53,470 nucleotides of DNA, from the NCBI GenBank assembly GCA_964442095.1, contig CAYTWK010000001.1:1-53470 (forward strand), written 5' to 3'. The notes under the pieces are model-generated. The model saw only the letters and a list, made by a program, of their open reading frames with translations. It was not told where the DNA came from and ran no database searches. Every line of letters begins with the position of its first letter. The first letter of the stretch is position 1. Source of the stretch: an uncultured Caulobacteraceae bacterium. Lineage in GTDB: Bacteria > Pseudomonadota > Alphaproteobacteria > Caulobacterales > Aquidulcibacteraceae. Both the position numbers and the translations under genes were made by a program. Below are positions 37,843-48,602 of the stretch, piece after piece.

Positions 37843-40200
37843 TTAAAAAGAATGATCTGGCATTAAGATTTCACGTTTTCCAACATGATTAGGTGCACTT
37901 ATCATTCCTTCGCGTTCCATTCTATCAACTAAATCAGCGGCCCGATTATAACCAAGTCGCAATTGCCTTTGAAGGAAAGAGGTAGATACTTTTCTTTCTG
38001 TTGCAACAATTGCCACCGCTTTATCAAACAATTCATCGCCTGAACCTTGTGACAATAGCGAATTCATACCCGCTTCATCATCTGGGTCGGCAGTGATTTC
38101 ACCGAAATATTCGGGCTTTCCTTGCGCTTTAAGTGTGGCAACAATTTGGCGAACTTCCTCATCTGAAACATAGGGGCCGTGGTGACGGCTAATGCGTCCG
38201 CCGCCTGCCATGAATAATAAATCGCCTTGACCTAATAATTGATCTGCGCCGCCTTCGCCTAAAATAGTGCGGCTATCAATTTTTGAAGTCACCATATAGG
38301 AAATACGGGTTGGGAAATTGGCTTTGATTGTTCCGGTGATTACGTCAACAGAGGGTCTTTGGGTTGCCATAATAAGGTGAATACCAGCCGCACGCGCCAT
38401 TTGCGCAAGCCTTTGCACCAATACTTCAATGTCTTTGCCCGCCACCAGCATTAAATCGGCCATTTCGTCAATTACAACGACTATGAAAGGCATAGGCTTT
38501 AATTCTATATTACGAATTTCAATGATTGGCTGGCCGGTTTCTCTATCAACGCCCGTTTTTTCGCGGATTTGAATGGTTTCGCCAGTTTTCTTGGCCATTG
38601 CCGCGCGCTCATTATAGCCGCTAATATTGCGCACTCCAATTTGTGACATTAATCGATAGCGGTTTTCCATTTCCTGCACAGTCCATTTAAGCGCGCAAAC
38701 AGCTTTTTTAGGGTCAGTAACAACTGGTGTTAAAAGGTGCGGAATATCATCATAGACCGAAAGCTCGAGCATTTTTGGGTCAATCATAATGAAGCGACAT
38801 TCTTCGGGTGTTAAGCGATAAAGCAAAGATAAAATCATGGCATTAATGCCAACTGATTTACCTGAACCCGTTGTCCCCGCGATAAGCAAATGCGGCATTT
38901 TTGCCAAATCGACAATGCTTGGCTCTCCACCAATGGTTTCGCCCAAAGCCAGCGGAAGCTGCATATCGGTTGCCTCATATTCGCGTGATGCCAATAAAGA
39001 GCGCAAATAAACGCTTTCGCGGTCATGGTTTGGCAATTCAATACCAATTGCATTGCGCCCTTTAACCACGGCAACGCGGCATGAAATCGCCGCCATAGAC
39101 CGCGCAATATCATCGGAAAGCGCAATAACCCTAGAGCCTTTGATGCCGGCTTCTGGCTCCAATTCATAAAGCGTGACCACTGGACCGGGGCGAACTTTAA
39201 TAATTTCGCCTTGGATTTTATATTCAGACAAAACAGTTCGAAGCAAAAGCGCATTTTGTTTTAGCGCCGCCTCGTCATGTTTGGTTTTGCGAATGGGTGG
39301 CTTGGTCAAAAGCTCAAGCCTTGGAAGCTCAAAGCCATTGTTTCCAAGTGGAAGGCTTGGCTGCCGTTCAATAGTTTCGCGCACCGAAGATTTTGAAGCT
39401 TTTGGAATGTTAACATTGATTTCTTGAAGTTTTTTGCTTTGGGGCGGCGCAAATCTTCGCGCTAGCTTTTCGGTTTCGTCTAAATCTTCGTCAATTTCAA
39501 TATTTCGCATAGGCGCTGCATTCGGCCTTGGGGTTTTTGGCTTGCTATAATTTTGCCTTTTTTGAAATAATTTATCATACCAAACCCTAAAGCTAGCCCA
39601 ATAATATCCTGCGGCATCGGCTGCGCTATCGAGGTCATTAAGGCGTAAATTGAAAGCATAATAAGCGCAATAAGCACATGAAATCGCCGCAACTATTGAC
39701 ACAATCATTTTAGAGAAATTAGAAAATTCAAAGAAAATCGTGAATGCGCCGATTAAAACATCGCCCAATAGGCCGCCAAAACTGGTTGCCATTGGCCATT
39801 TTGATGATGCAGGCAGGCCGGCAAGCGCGACGCACAATAAAATTATGCCGATAAAACCGACCCAAAAGCGTCTTTTGCCTCGCTCTATACCATTTGGCCC
39901 CTTTAGGAGGGCAAAAATCGCGGTTCCACCTGCAAAAGCAGAAATCGGGAGCGCTGCAAGGCCAAATAATTGCACCATTAAATCAGCAAAATTGGCTCCC
40001 GTTGAACCTAGCCAATTTGAAATTCGTTCATTGCTCGCAACATTAAAGCTTGGATCGCCAGCGTTAAAGCTTAAATTTGAAAGCACCGCCAAAAATGCAA
40101 TAATTGCAATCAAGCCGAGGCAGGTATCGCGAATAATTCGCGCCCGCAGACTTAGGCCTTCAAAGCTATTTTGCCCCGCTCTCTTGGTTTGATTTGCCAT
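37843..40200 (-). CDS. ftsK: DNA translocase FtsK
   Basis: 4TM N-terminus, PHLLIAGTTGSGKS, IDPKMLEL, IDEMADLM, ATQRPSVDVITG and gamma domain LQRQLRLGYNRAA. Confidence 0.97.
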   Translation of the reverse strand: MANQTKRAGQNSFEGLSLRARIIRDTCLGLIAIIAFLAVLSNLSFNAGDPSFNVASNERISNWLGSTGANFADLMVQLFGLAALPISAFAGGTAIFALLKGPNGIERGKRRFWVGFIGIILLCVALAGLPASSKWPMATSFGGLLGDVLIGAFTIFFEFSNFSKMIVSIVAAISCAYCAYYAFNLRLNDLDSAADAAGYYWASFRVWYDKLFQKRQNYSKPKTPRPNAAPMRNIEIDEDLDETEKLARRFAPPQSKKLQEINVNIPKASKSSVRETIERQPSLPLGNNGFELPRLELLTKPPIRKTKHDEAALKQNALLLRTVLSEYKIQGEIIKVRPGPVVTLYELEPEAGIKGSRVIALSDDIARSMAAISCRVAVVKGRNAIGIELPNHDRESVYLRSLLASREYEATDMQLPLALGETIGGEPSIVDLAKMPHLLIAGTTGSGKSVGINAMILSLLYRLTPEECRFIMIDPKMLELSVYDDIPHLLTPVVTDPKKAVCALKWTVQEMENRYRLMSQIGVRNISGYNERAAMAKKTGETIQIREKTGVDRETGQPIIEIRNIELKPMPFIVVVIDEMADLMLVAGKDIEVLVQRLAQMARAAGIHLIMATQRPSVDVITGTIKANFPTRISYMVTSKIDSRTILGEGGADQLLGQGDLLFMAGGGRISRHHGPYVSDEEVRQIVATLKAQGKPEYFGEITADPDDEAGMNSLLSQGSGDELFDKAVAIVATERKVSTSFLQRQLRLGYNRAADLVDRMEREGMISAPNHVGKREILMPDHSF

Positions 40201-40288
40201 TTTTTCTTTCCAAATATCTCTTAATGCTGGTAAAACTTTGCGCTAGAATTGGAATCTAGCAATCTAATGAAACTAAAGACACTTTGTG

Positions 40289-40304
40289 GTTTAGAAGCGG
40301 TTAA
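40289..40304. promoter_or_regulatory. CtrA-like box upstream of ftsK
   Basis: Minus strand TTAA-CCGCTTC-TAAAC, with a GANTC site (GAATC 40252-40256) nearby. Confidence 0.55.
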
Positions 40305-40390
40305 AATAGCGATTATTTGCCGCATTTAATGTGGAAATAATTATTATTAGGTTCTAAAATGCGAATTTACACCATAAAGAGCACGGCCAA

Positions 40391-41656
40391 ATGACCAAAA
40401 CCGACAAAAACGCTGAAAATTATGACGCAATTATTGCTGGCGGCGGTCTAGTCGGTCTTAGCTTGGCACTGGCGCTTGAAAGCGGCGGTTTTAAGGTGGC
40501 GGTTGTTGATACTCTTGCGCCCTCAAACATGCTCGAGGAGGCTTATGATGGGCGATCTTCGGCGATTGCGTTTGCCGCAATGCGCATGCTTGAGGTGCTT
40601 GGTGTAAAAGAAAATATCCAAGAAATTGGGACAATCGAAGAAATTATGGTGGTTGATGGCCGAATTGGCGATGGCGCGAAAAAAGGTGGCTCGCTTGGGC
40701 TTTCTTTGCATTTGGGCACAACCGAAGCCAAGCTAGAGGATGAGCCATTGGGCTATATGGTCGAAAATCGCCATATGCGTCTTGCGCTTGATAAAACCGC
40801 CAATGCCAAGCCAAATATTGTCCGCATTACACCTGATAGCGTGATTGGTTATGAAGATTTGGGCTCTCGGGTTTGCGTCCGCTTAAACTCGGGCAAACTA
40901 TTGGAAGCTAAATTATTAATTGGTGCTGACGGGCGCGGTTCAATGGTTAGGAATGCCGCCAAAATAAAGACAAATAGCTTTGATTATTCGCAAACTGGAA
41001 TTGTGACTACAGTAAAGCTTGAAAAGCCGCATAATAATATTGCCTATGAATATTTCTTGCCCTCTGGGCCATTTGCTATTTTGCCTTTGACGGAAAATCG
41101 GGCATCAATTGTCTGGTCGGAGCCGCCGAAAAAGGCGCTTGCGATGGCTGCAATGGCCAAATCCGATATTGAATACGAATTACAAAGACGATTTGCTGGT
41201 ATTCTTGGTGAAATAGAAGTCTGCGCACCAATTTTTACCTATCCCCTTAAAATGGAATTGGCTGCCGAATGGTATAAAGAGCGTGTGGTTCTCGCCGGCG
41301 ATGCTGCGCACGGCATTCACCCCGTTGCCGGTCAAGGGTTTAATCTTGGCCTAAAAGATGTTGCGGCCTTGGCACAAATATTGGTGGAATCACAATCCTT
41401 GGGCCTTGATATTGGTGATAAAATAGTCCTTGAAAGATATGCTGCATGGCGGCGCACCGATACAATGATGGTTGCGCTGGCTTGCGATGGTTTCGTGCGC
41501 CTATTTTCAAATGATATTGCGCCAATTCGCATTATTCGCAATATTGGAATGGGAATTGCCGATAAATTGTCGCCAATTCGCAATTTCCTTATTAGAAACG
41601 CAGGCGGCGCAATGGGCGACTTGCCGCTATTATTGCGCGGCGAGCCTTTGGTATAG
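40391..41656 (+). CDS. UbiH/UbiF/COQ6-family FAD-dependent ubiquinone hydroxylase
   Basis: GGGLVG, GADG..S.VR, FLPSGPFAILP and GDAAHGIHPVAGQGFNLG; conserved divergent neighbour of ftsK. Confidence 0.9.
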   Translation: MTKTDKNAENYDAIIAGGGLVGLSLALALESGGFKVAVVDTLAPSNMLEEAYDGRSSAIAFAAMRMLEVLGVKENIQEIGTIEEIMVVDGRIGDGAKKGGSLGLSLHLGTTEAKLEDEPLGYMVENRHMRLALDKTANAKPNIVRITPDSVIGYEDLGSRVCVRLNSGKLLEAKLLIGADGRGSMVRNAAKIKTNSFDYSQTGIVTTVKLEKPHNNIAYEYFLPSGPFAILPLTENRASIVWSEPPKKALAMAAMAKSDIEYELQRRFAGILGEIEVCAPIFTYPLKMELAAEWYKERVVLAGDAAHGIHPVAGQGFNLGLKDVAALAQILVESQSLGLDIGDKIVLERYAAWRRTDTMMVALACDGFVRLFSNDIAPIRIIRNIGMGIADKLSPIRNFLIRNAGGAMGDLPLLLRGEPLV

Positions 41657-41666
41657 TCTTTGTCGT

Positions 41667-43355
41667 TTAAACATGAATATCCCTGTCCTTCGTTTCCGGG
41701 AAAAAGATAAGAAATATTACAATGCAAATCGCGGTAATTATCATCGGATACCAAAGCCCCGAATACATATTTCCCGTTGCTGCGACTGTTGCAAAGGCAA
41801 TAGTTGGCGCAAAGCCGCCAAAAATGCCCGTCCCAATATGATAGGGAACAGATAATGCAGTATAGCGAATTTTAGTTGGGAATAATTCCACCAAAGCTGC
41901 CGCCATTGGCCCGTAAAGTGCGGTCGCGGCTGTAATGAAAATCATCATTATACCCAAGACTTTCCAATGATTTACCTTTGAAAGATCTGCCTTTGTGGGA
42001 TAGCCATCTTTTTGGAGTTCGGCCTTTATTAAATCGCCAAATTGCTTTTTAGCAGATTTCTGCCCTGCTGCATCAAGTTGCGTGACGTCGGGCGCAGTCA
42101 GGATTTTTTCGCCAATCTTAATCTGTGCCAAAGCGCCGCTTGGGGCAGCCACATTGGAATATGCAATGCCATTATTCGTCAAATAGCTTTTGGCTACATC
42201 GCATGAAGTAGCGAAAACATCCCGCCCATCGGGGTTTTTTGCAACCATACTAAATTGGAACGAGCAATTATTGGGGTCAGCAATAACTGAAACAGGTGAG
42301 TTTTTTTGCGCTGCTACCAAAGCTGGATTGACTATTTCTGCCATCATTTTAAAGCCTGGCATAAAGCTGACTAGAGCTAAAACCATACCAAATAGCATTA
42401 CCGGCTTGCGCCCAATTTTATCCGATAGCCAGCCAAAACCAACATAGAGGAAAGAGGCGGCAATCGAGACAATCAGAAGCCATTGATTAATTTGCTGGGC
42501 GTCAACCCCGAGCTGCTTTTCCCAAAAACCTTGCATGTAAAAATGCGCTGTATACCAAATAACACCTTGTGCCATCATTAGGCCAAACAAAGCAATTAAA
42601 ACCAATTTCGCATTTTTCCATTGCCCAAAAACTTCTGGTAATGGCGCTTTGGAATGCGCTCCCGCCTCTTTCATAATTTTAAATGATGGGCTTTCTTCAA
42701 GCTGCATACGTATCCAGATTGCAATGGCCAATAGACCCAATGAAACCCAAAACGGGATGCGCCAAGCCCAATCTTTAAAGGCAGCTTCGGAAAAGACGCT
42801 TCGAGTAATAAAGACAACCAAAAGTGCAAAAAAGAAACCCAATGTTGCCGCAGTTTGCACCATGCCAGTATTTAGGCCACGGTAACTGGCTTTTGAATGT
42901 TCAGCAACATAAATGACCGCACCGCCATATTCGCCGCCCAAGGCAAAACCTTGAAGAATACGCAGGAACACTAAACAAATTGGCGCCCAAATGCCAATTT
43001 TTGAATAATCTGGTAAAAGACCAACCGCAAAAGTCGATAGACCCATCAAGGTGACCGTTACCAAAAACGCCCCTTTACGCCCCTTTTTATCCCCTATAGA
43101 GCCAAAATATAGCGCCCCAAGCGGCCGGAATGCTAAGCCAATTGCAAATGTTAAAAGTCCAAAAATATATGCTGCAGCGGGGGGAACACCGACAAAGAAG
43201 TGCTCAGCTAATACAGAAGTCAAAAGCCCGAAAATAAAGAAATCATACCATTCAAACATAGTTCCCATTGATGAAGCGGCAACTACAGTTCGCAATTTGC
43301 TCAATGGAACTTCTTGCGGCTTAAGCGATATTACTTCTTCTTTATTTTCCGACAT
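41667..43355 (-). CDS. MFS metabolite:H+ symporter (MHS family)
   Basis: GTMFEWYDFF, RPLG, RILQGFALGGEYGG, WRIPF, SDKIGRK and ELFPTKIRY. Confidence 0.92.
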   Translation of the reverse strand: MSENKEEVISLKPQEVPLSKLRTVVAASSMGTMFEWYDFFIFGLLTSVLAEHFFVGVPPAAAYIFGLLTFAIGLAFRPLGALYFGSIGDKKGRKGAFLVTVTLMGLSTFAVGLLPDYSKIGIWAPICLVFLRILQGFALGGEYGGAVIYVAEHSKASYRGLNTGMVQTAATLGFFFALLVVFITRSVFSEAAFKDWAWRIPFWVSLGLLAIAIWIRMQLEESPSFKIMKEAGAHSKAPLPEVFGQWKNAKLVLIALFGLMMAQGVIWYTAHFYMQGFWEKQLGVDAQQINQWLLIVSIAASFLYVGFGWLSDKIGRKPVMLFGMVLALVSFMPGFKMMAEIVNPALVAAQKNSPVSVIADPNNCSFQFSMVAKNPDGRDVFATSCDVAKSYLTNNGIAYSNVAAPSGALAQIKIGEKILTAPDVTQLDAAGQKSAKKQFGDLIKAELQKDGYPTKADLSKVNHWKVLGIMMIFITAATALYGPMAAALVELFPTKIRYTALSVPYHIGTGIFGGFAPTIAFATVAATGNMYSGLWYPMIITAICIVIFLIFFPETKDRDIHV

Positions 43356-43534
43356 GCACTTGCCCCCTATATTGCCATTTATTGCTATTTGGCATTTTTC
43401 CTATAATTGCCGAATATTTAATTGTTCGCAAGTCCTGAAATCTATAAGGACAACTGGTTTACACTATGCTTTAAAGCGCCTAAAAGCTGCCCAAAGCAAA
43501 TTCAACCGCATATACACTTAGTTTTAGGACAAAA

Positions 43535-44074
43535 ATGACAATCATAGAGAAGCCAAAAACCAAAGCGCCAAATTTAATTCTATTTATTTTAATAATCCCA
43601 ATAATAATAATATTGGATCAAATTTCTAAATTCTATATTTTGCACGAATTGCGCCTCAATGATATTGGGCATATCGAAATTTCGCGCATTTTTGATTTGT
43701 CGATGGTCTGGAATAGAGGCGTAAGCTTTGGCGTTCTGAGCGCTTCGGGCGATTTTGGCCGATGGGCATTGGTTGCGCTAGCGGGCATTATTTCAATAGT
43801 TTTCTTTTTCTGGCTTTTGCGTGAAGAGCGTATCCTTAGCCGTTTTGCGCTATCTTTAGTGATTGGCGGGGCAATCGGAAACCTTATAGATAGGGTTAGA
43901 TGGGGCGCGGTTGCAGATTTTCTTGACTTTTCTGGGCTTGGTTTTCCATGGGTTTTCAATATAGCCGATTGCGCAGTAGTGACTGGCGCGGGTCTATTAA
44001 TGCTAGATATGTTTTTGACCCCTGATAAAGACAAGGAAAAGGACCCTGAAAAAGAGCCGGAACAAAGCCAATAG
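43535..44074 (+). CDS. lspA: Lipoprotein signal peptidase II
   Basis: DQISK, WNRGVSFG, GGAIGNLIDR, VADFL and FNIAD. Confidence 0.96.
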   Translation: MTIIEKPKTKAPNLILFILIIPIIIILDQISKFYILHELRLNDIGHIEISRIFDLSMVWNRGVSFGVLSASGDFGRWALVALAGIISIVFFFWLLREERILSRFALSLVIGGAIGNLIDRVRWGAVADFLDFSGLGFPWVFNIADCAVVTGAGLLMLDMFLTPDKDKEKDPEKEPEQSQ

Positions 44075-44170
44075 GCCTGAATATGAAATATTTGTCATGT
44101 CTTTGGTGCTAGACCAATGTTTTATGTGGCATTATAAGAACAATTGGAAACGGAGTATGAGTTGGAACCG

Positions 44171-44719
44171 ATGGCTAATAAGAAAATATTGATTTTGGCA
44201 AGTTTGATAGCGGCGATTAATGTTGGCGGCTGTCAAAGTATTTCAAAAGCAATCGGTGCTGAAAAAACGGTTCCCGATGAGTTTCGGGTTGTGACCAAAG
44301 CGCCCTTGGTTGTGCCGCCAGAATTTAATCTGCGTCCGCCGCGCCCAGGTGAAGCGCGCCCGCTCGAGTTGCGTGCAGATTTGCAGGCCAAAAATGCCGT
44401 ATTTGGCGTATTGACTGGCGTCGAGGCTAGCCCCGGAGAGCGTGAATTAATCGCACAAATGGGCGCAACTAATGCTGACAATAGAATTCGCGCTGTAATT
44501 GACGAAGAAACGGGGGCAATTACCCATAAATCAGAATCTTTCGCAAATCGGATTATGGGTCGTGCACCTCAAAAAGCTGATGAAGCGGCACCTTTGGATT
44601 CGGAAAAAGAAGCGGAGCGTATCCGCAACGAGCAGCGTATAATTAATGGCGCAACAGGTGGTAAGCCTGTAAGTATTCAACAAAACAAACCAGCTGGATT
44701 TAAGCTGCCTGGTTTATAG
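44171..44719 (+). CDS. DUF3035-like lipoprotein
   Basis: Lipobox VGGC and PDEFRVVTKAPLVVPPEFNLRPPRPG; conserved after lspA. Confidence 0.85.
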   Translation: MANKKILILASLIAAINVGGCQSISKAIGAEKTVPDEFRVVTKAPLVVPPEFNLRPPRPGEARPLELRADLQAKNAVFGVLTGVEASPGERELIAQMGATNADNRIRAVIDEETGAITHKSESFANRIMGRAPQKADEAAPLDSEKEAERIRNEQRIINGATGGKPVSIQQNKPAGFKLPGL

Positions 44720-44727
44720 GCACTATT

Positions 44728-46620
44728 TTGGCCGCGCCGTCGCCGATAATCAACCGACTTAGCGCTGATGCGATAAATCAAATCGCGGCCGGCGAAGTCA
44801 TAGAACGTCCAGCATCTGCACTAAAGGAATTAGTCGAAAACTCACTTGATGCGGGTGCGCAAAATATCAATATTTGGTGTGATGACGGCGGTCTAAGCCG
44901 TATTTTAGTTGATGACGACGGAATTGGTATTGGCCGCGATGCCTTACCTCTAGCAATTGAACGCCACGCGACCTCAAAACTTATCCCCAGTGAGACTGGT
45001 GCGATTGATCTAATGTCAATTAATTCCTTGGGTTTTCGCGGCGAAGCATTACCTTCAATTGGATCTGTGTCGCGTTTGAAAATTAGTTCAAAAACATTAG
45101 ATGACAGCAATGCGTGGGAAATAGAGGTTGAAGGTGGCAAGGTTTCGCCAGTCCGCCCGTGCGCCTGGTCAAGTTTGAATTCAGGCACTAGAATTGAGGT
45201 TCGCGATTTATTTTTTGCGACACCTGCACGCCTTAAATTCATGAAAACAGCGCGATCCGAAAATGCCGCAATCATTGATACCATAAAGCGCTTGGCTCTA
45301 AGTCGGCCTGATGTAAGCTTTACATTATTTATTGATGGCCGAAAATCCCTCGCGATAAATGGCCATGATGGAATTGATGATAAAATTCGCCTCGATAGAA
45401 TTGGGGCAATATTGGGTGCACAAATTGCCGCCGATTGTATGCAAATTGATGCCGCGAGGTCGGGAATAAGAATAAGCGGGCTTGCATCTTTACCGGTTGC
45501 TTCTAGATCCGATAGTCGCCATCAATATTTGTTTGTTAATAATCGCCCGGTGAAAGACCCAATGTTAAAGGGGATAGCCCGGGCAGCATACCAAGATGTT
45601 TTGGCGCGTGATAGGCATCCAATTTTGGCGCTATTTTTGGAAATGGATCCGCAATTTGTTGATGTAAATGTTCATCCCGCAAAAACTGAGGTTAGGTTTC
45701 GCGATGCCGCTTTAATTCGTGGTCTAGTTATTGGCGCCCTACGGCATGCTATTGCCAATAATTCGGTGCAATCATCACAAAGTCTAAGTATGCAAACTAT
45801 CGGGGCTTTGGCAAATACTTTGAATATGCACAGGCAAAATCCAAATCTTTATCAAAATGATTATTCATACCAGTCTAGCTTTATTCGCCCGACCAATAGC
45901 TTTTATGAGGGACAGAAGGATAAATCAAATATAGACAATCAAATCAGCGATAGCGCAGCTATTGGTTTTATTGCAAACCCAGAGGCGCGGCGTTTTGTCG
46001 AAACCGATGAGCCAAAGCCGGCTAATGCTGTGGCAATCAATGCACCTTTGGGCGCTGCTATGGCGCAATTGCATAATACCTATATTATAACCCAAACTGC
46101 TGATGGAATTGCTATAATAGATCAACATGCCGCGCATGAAAGACTAGTGCTTGAGAAAATGAAGGCGTCAATTGAAAGCCAAACCATGGCGCGTCAGATT
46201 GCACTAATTCCCGATATTGTTGAAATGGATAATGTTGATTGCGAAAACCTATTGTCAAAATCAGAGGAATTAGAGGATTTCGGCCTGGTAATTGAAGGCT
46301 TTGGCCCCGGCGCAATATTAGTTCGTGAAACACCTGCAATATTAGGAAAAGTGAATGCAAAATCCCTCTTGCAGGATTTGGCTGACGAAATCGCAAGCCA
46401 TGACCAAGCGCTTGGCCTTAAGGAGCGCATTGATGCAATTCTGTCATCTATGGCCTGCCATGGCTCGGTGCGTGCGGGTAGAGTTTTAAGATCCGAAGAA
46501 ATGAATGCCCTATTGCGTGAAATGGAACAAACCCCAAGGAGCGGGCAATGCAATCACGGCCGTCCAACTTTTGTAACTCTCAGCCTTAGCGATATTGAAA
46601 AACTCTTTGGGCGTAAATAA
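44728..46620 (+). CDS. mutL: DNA mismatch repair endonuclease MutL
   Basis: IAAGEVIERP, GFRGEAL, DVNVHPAK, DQHAAHER, ACH and CNHGRP. Confidence 0.97.
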   Translation: MAAPSPIINRLSADAINQIAAGEVIERPASALKELVENSLDAGAQNINIWCDDGGLSRILVDDDGIGIGRDALPLAIERHATSKLIPSETGAIDLMSINSLGFRGEALPSIGSVSRLKISSKTLDDSNAWEIEVEGGKVSPVRPCAWSSLNSGTRIEVRDLFFATPARLKFMKTARSENAAIIDTIKRLALSRPDVSFTLFIDGRKSLAINGHDGIDDKIRLDRIGAILGAQIAADCMQIDAARSGIRISGLASLPVASRSDSRHQYLFVNNRPVKDPMLKGIARAAYQDVLARDRHPILALFLEMDPQFVDVNVHPAKTEVRFRDAALIRGLVIGALRHAIANNSVQSSQSLSMQTIGALANTLNMHRQNPNLYQNDYSYQSSFIRPTNSFYEGQKDKSNIDNQISDSAAIGFIANPEARRFVETDEPKPANAVAINAPLGAAMAQLHNTYIITQTADGIAIIDQHAAHERLVLEKMKASIESQTMARQIALIPDIVEMDNVDCENLLSKSEELEDFGLVIEGFGPGAILVRETPAILGKVNAKSLLQDLADEIASHDQALGLKERIDAILSSMACHGSVRAGRVLRSEEMNALLREMEQTPRSGQCNHGRPTFVTLSLSDIEKLFGRK

Positions 46621-46734
46621 ATATAAAAAGTAAAATGGCATTTTATTCAAAGCTGATATAAATATTGCCAATATTCACTTTTGATGCAATTCTATTCCAG
46701 AATGGCTTTTTTATAGAGTATAAGAGCACAAATT

Positions 46735-47112
46735 ATGAGCAATGAAATAGAAAATAGATCGAGTGGCAATCTTTCAACCTTTGAAACAAAAGACGTTGCG
46801 TTTGCCAATTATGTTCTGAATTTGCTTGGCCCCTTTACGGGTTTCACTGGATTTATTAGTATTATTCTTGGCTATTTAAAGCGCGATGATGCGCGCGGAA
46901 CCTATTTGGAATCCCATTATCAATATCAATTGCGGAGCTTTTGGTTTGGTGCTTTGGGACTAATAATTGGCTTTTCTACGATTATTGTGTTTGGCCTTGG
47001 GCTCTTGATTATTGCGCTTACTGGCATTTGGTGGATGGTGCGCAATGCTATTGGTCTAAAGCATTTGACCGAAGGTAATCCTGTGCCTGATCCTGAAGCT
47101 TTATTGATTTAG
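46735..47112 (+). CDS. Small membrane protein (DUF4870-like)
   Basis: Three hydrophobic segments; GYLKRDDARGTYLESHYQYQLRSFW motif. Confidence 0.75.
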   Translation: MSNEIENRSSGNLSTFETKDVAFANYVLNLLGPFTGFTGFISIILGYLKRDDARGTYLESHYQYQLRSFWFGALGLIIGFSTIIVFGLGLLIIALTGIWWMVRNAIGLKHLTEGNPVPDPEALLI

Positions 47113-47119
47113 GCATTTG

Positions 47120-47311
47120 CTAATTACGGACTAAATCACCACCAACGCAGGTTTTGACGTTATCATTCCAAGTTCCGCCGCGTTTATAGCAGTCTTGCGC
47201 CATTTTTGCGAATCGTTCACTGGCCCTTTCGGGGTCGGATTCAACTGGGCCAAGCGCGCAAGAGCTTAGGCACAAAGCGGCAATTCCTAATGCAAAAAAT
47301 CTAGCCAGCAA
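47120..47311 (-). CDS. Small Cys-containing lipoprotein, unknown function
   Basis: Probable TTG start at 47311 overlapping the upstream stop; LSSC lipobox; C..RGGTW.....C motif. Confidence 0.6.
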   Translation of the reverse strand: MLARFFALGIAALCLSSCALGPVESDPERASERFAKMAQDCYKRGGTWNDNVKTCVGGDLVRN

Positions 47312-47618
47312 TAGATTGCCGCGCTTCAGCGCCGAGGCGCTCAATTTCGCGTCTAACCGCGTGTTCAGTGATTTCAACTTTGGCCGCAATTAAATCATTA
47401 TAGACTTTTGCAATAACGTCCTCGTCGCCAGCTTCTTTAAGGTCTGCGACAACAACAGATGCAGCATATTCAGCAGTTGCATCTTCACCGAGCCCCATTA
47501 AATCTGCGGCCCATGCACCAAGTAGACGATTGCGCTTTGCCGCAATTTTGAACTCTAATTCAGCACTATTTGCAAATTTTCGCTCTTCAGCTTTTTCACG
47601 ATCATCAAATTGGTTCAT
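47301..47618 (-). CDS. DUF1476 protein (F1FO-ATPase inhibitor zeta subunit)
   Basis: FDDREKAEERKFA..AELEFK...RNRLLGAWAA..MG and EAGDEDV..KV..DL; divergent from purC as in many alphaproteobacteria. Confidence 0.88.
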   Translation of the reverse strand: MNQFDDREKAEERKFANSAELEFKIAAKRNRLLGAWAADLMGLGEDATAEYAASVVVADLKEAGDEDVIAKVYNDLIAAKVEITEHAVRREIERLGAEARQSIAG

Positions 47619-47843
47619 TTTGTAAATTCCTATATGCTGTTTGAGCTAAACTAGGGGGCAATTGCACAATTTTCAAGTTAGAATAAAGTAGGTATAGCAG
47701 ATTAACTGCAATCGAGCGTAATTTAGTTTATAATGGCTGCGGGCAAAGTTGCTTGGAATAGTAGAAATATGCTAACGGCATCCGTATTGGCGCAAGAATC
47801 GCTTTCTAGGTGCTTTTTCTTTTAATTTAATTGGGGGCTTTGC

Positions 47844-48593
47844 ATGGCACGTCGCAAAAAAATCTACGAAGGCAAAGCAAAAGATCTATATGAAGGTCCA
47901 GAGCCTGGAACTCTTATCCAATATTTCAAAGATGATGCAACCGCATTTAACGCCCAAAAGCATGCCATAATCGAAGGAAAAGGCGTTTTAAACAATCGCA
48001 TTTCAGAATTTATTATGGTGCAATTAAACTCAATTGGCGTGCCAACTCATTTTATACGTCGCTTGAATATGCGCGAACAATTAATCCGCGAAGTCGAGAT
48101 TATCCCTTTGGAAGTTGTAGTGCGCAATGTCGCCGCCGGCTCAATTTCAAAGCGCCTCGGAATCCCTGAGGGTGAAGCTTTGCCGCGCTCTATTGTGGAA
48201 TTTTATTATAAAAATGATGCATTGGGCGACCCAATCGTATCCGAAGAACATATTACCGCTTTTAATTGGGCCGCGACCCAAGAATTAGATGACATTATGG
48301 CTTTGGCCCTTAGGATTAATGATTATCTTACTGGCCTTTTTTCGGGTGTTGGGATTCGCCTTATAGATTTCAAGCTTGAATTTGGCAGGCTTTTCGAAGG
48401 CGAAATGGTGCGCACGGTTTTGGCCGATGAAATAAGTCCTGATTCATGTAGGCTATGGGATGCGCGCGATAATAGCAAAATGGACAAGGATAGATTCCGT
48501 GAAGATTTAGGCGGCCTGTCAGAAGCCTATACCGAAGTTGCTAGTCGGCTTGGTATATTTAAAGATCCAAATGTAATGGTCGGTGAAGGATAG
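47844..48593 (+). CDS. purC: SAICAR synthetase
   Basis: [31 protein letters not shown] and [14 protein letters not shown]. Confidence 0.97.
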   Translation: MARRKKIYEGKAKDLYEGPEPGTLIQYFKDDATAFNAQKHAIIEGKGVLNNRISEFIMVQLNSIGVPTHFIRRLNMREQLIREVEIIPLEVVVRNVAAGSISKRLGIPEGEALPRSIVEFYYKNDALGDPIVSEEHITAFNWAATQELDDIMALALRINDYLTGLFSGVGIRLIDFKLEFGRLFEGEMVRTVLADEISPDSCRLWDARDNSKMDKDRFREDLGGLSEAYTEVASRLGIFKDPNVMVGEG

Positions 48594-48602
48594 ATAGATT
48601 AA

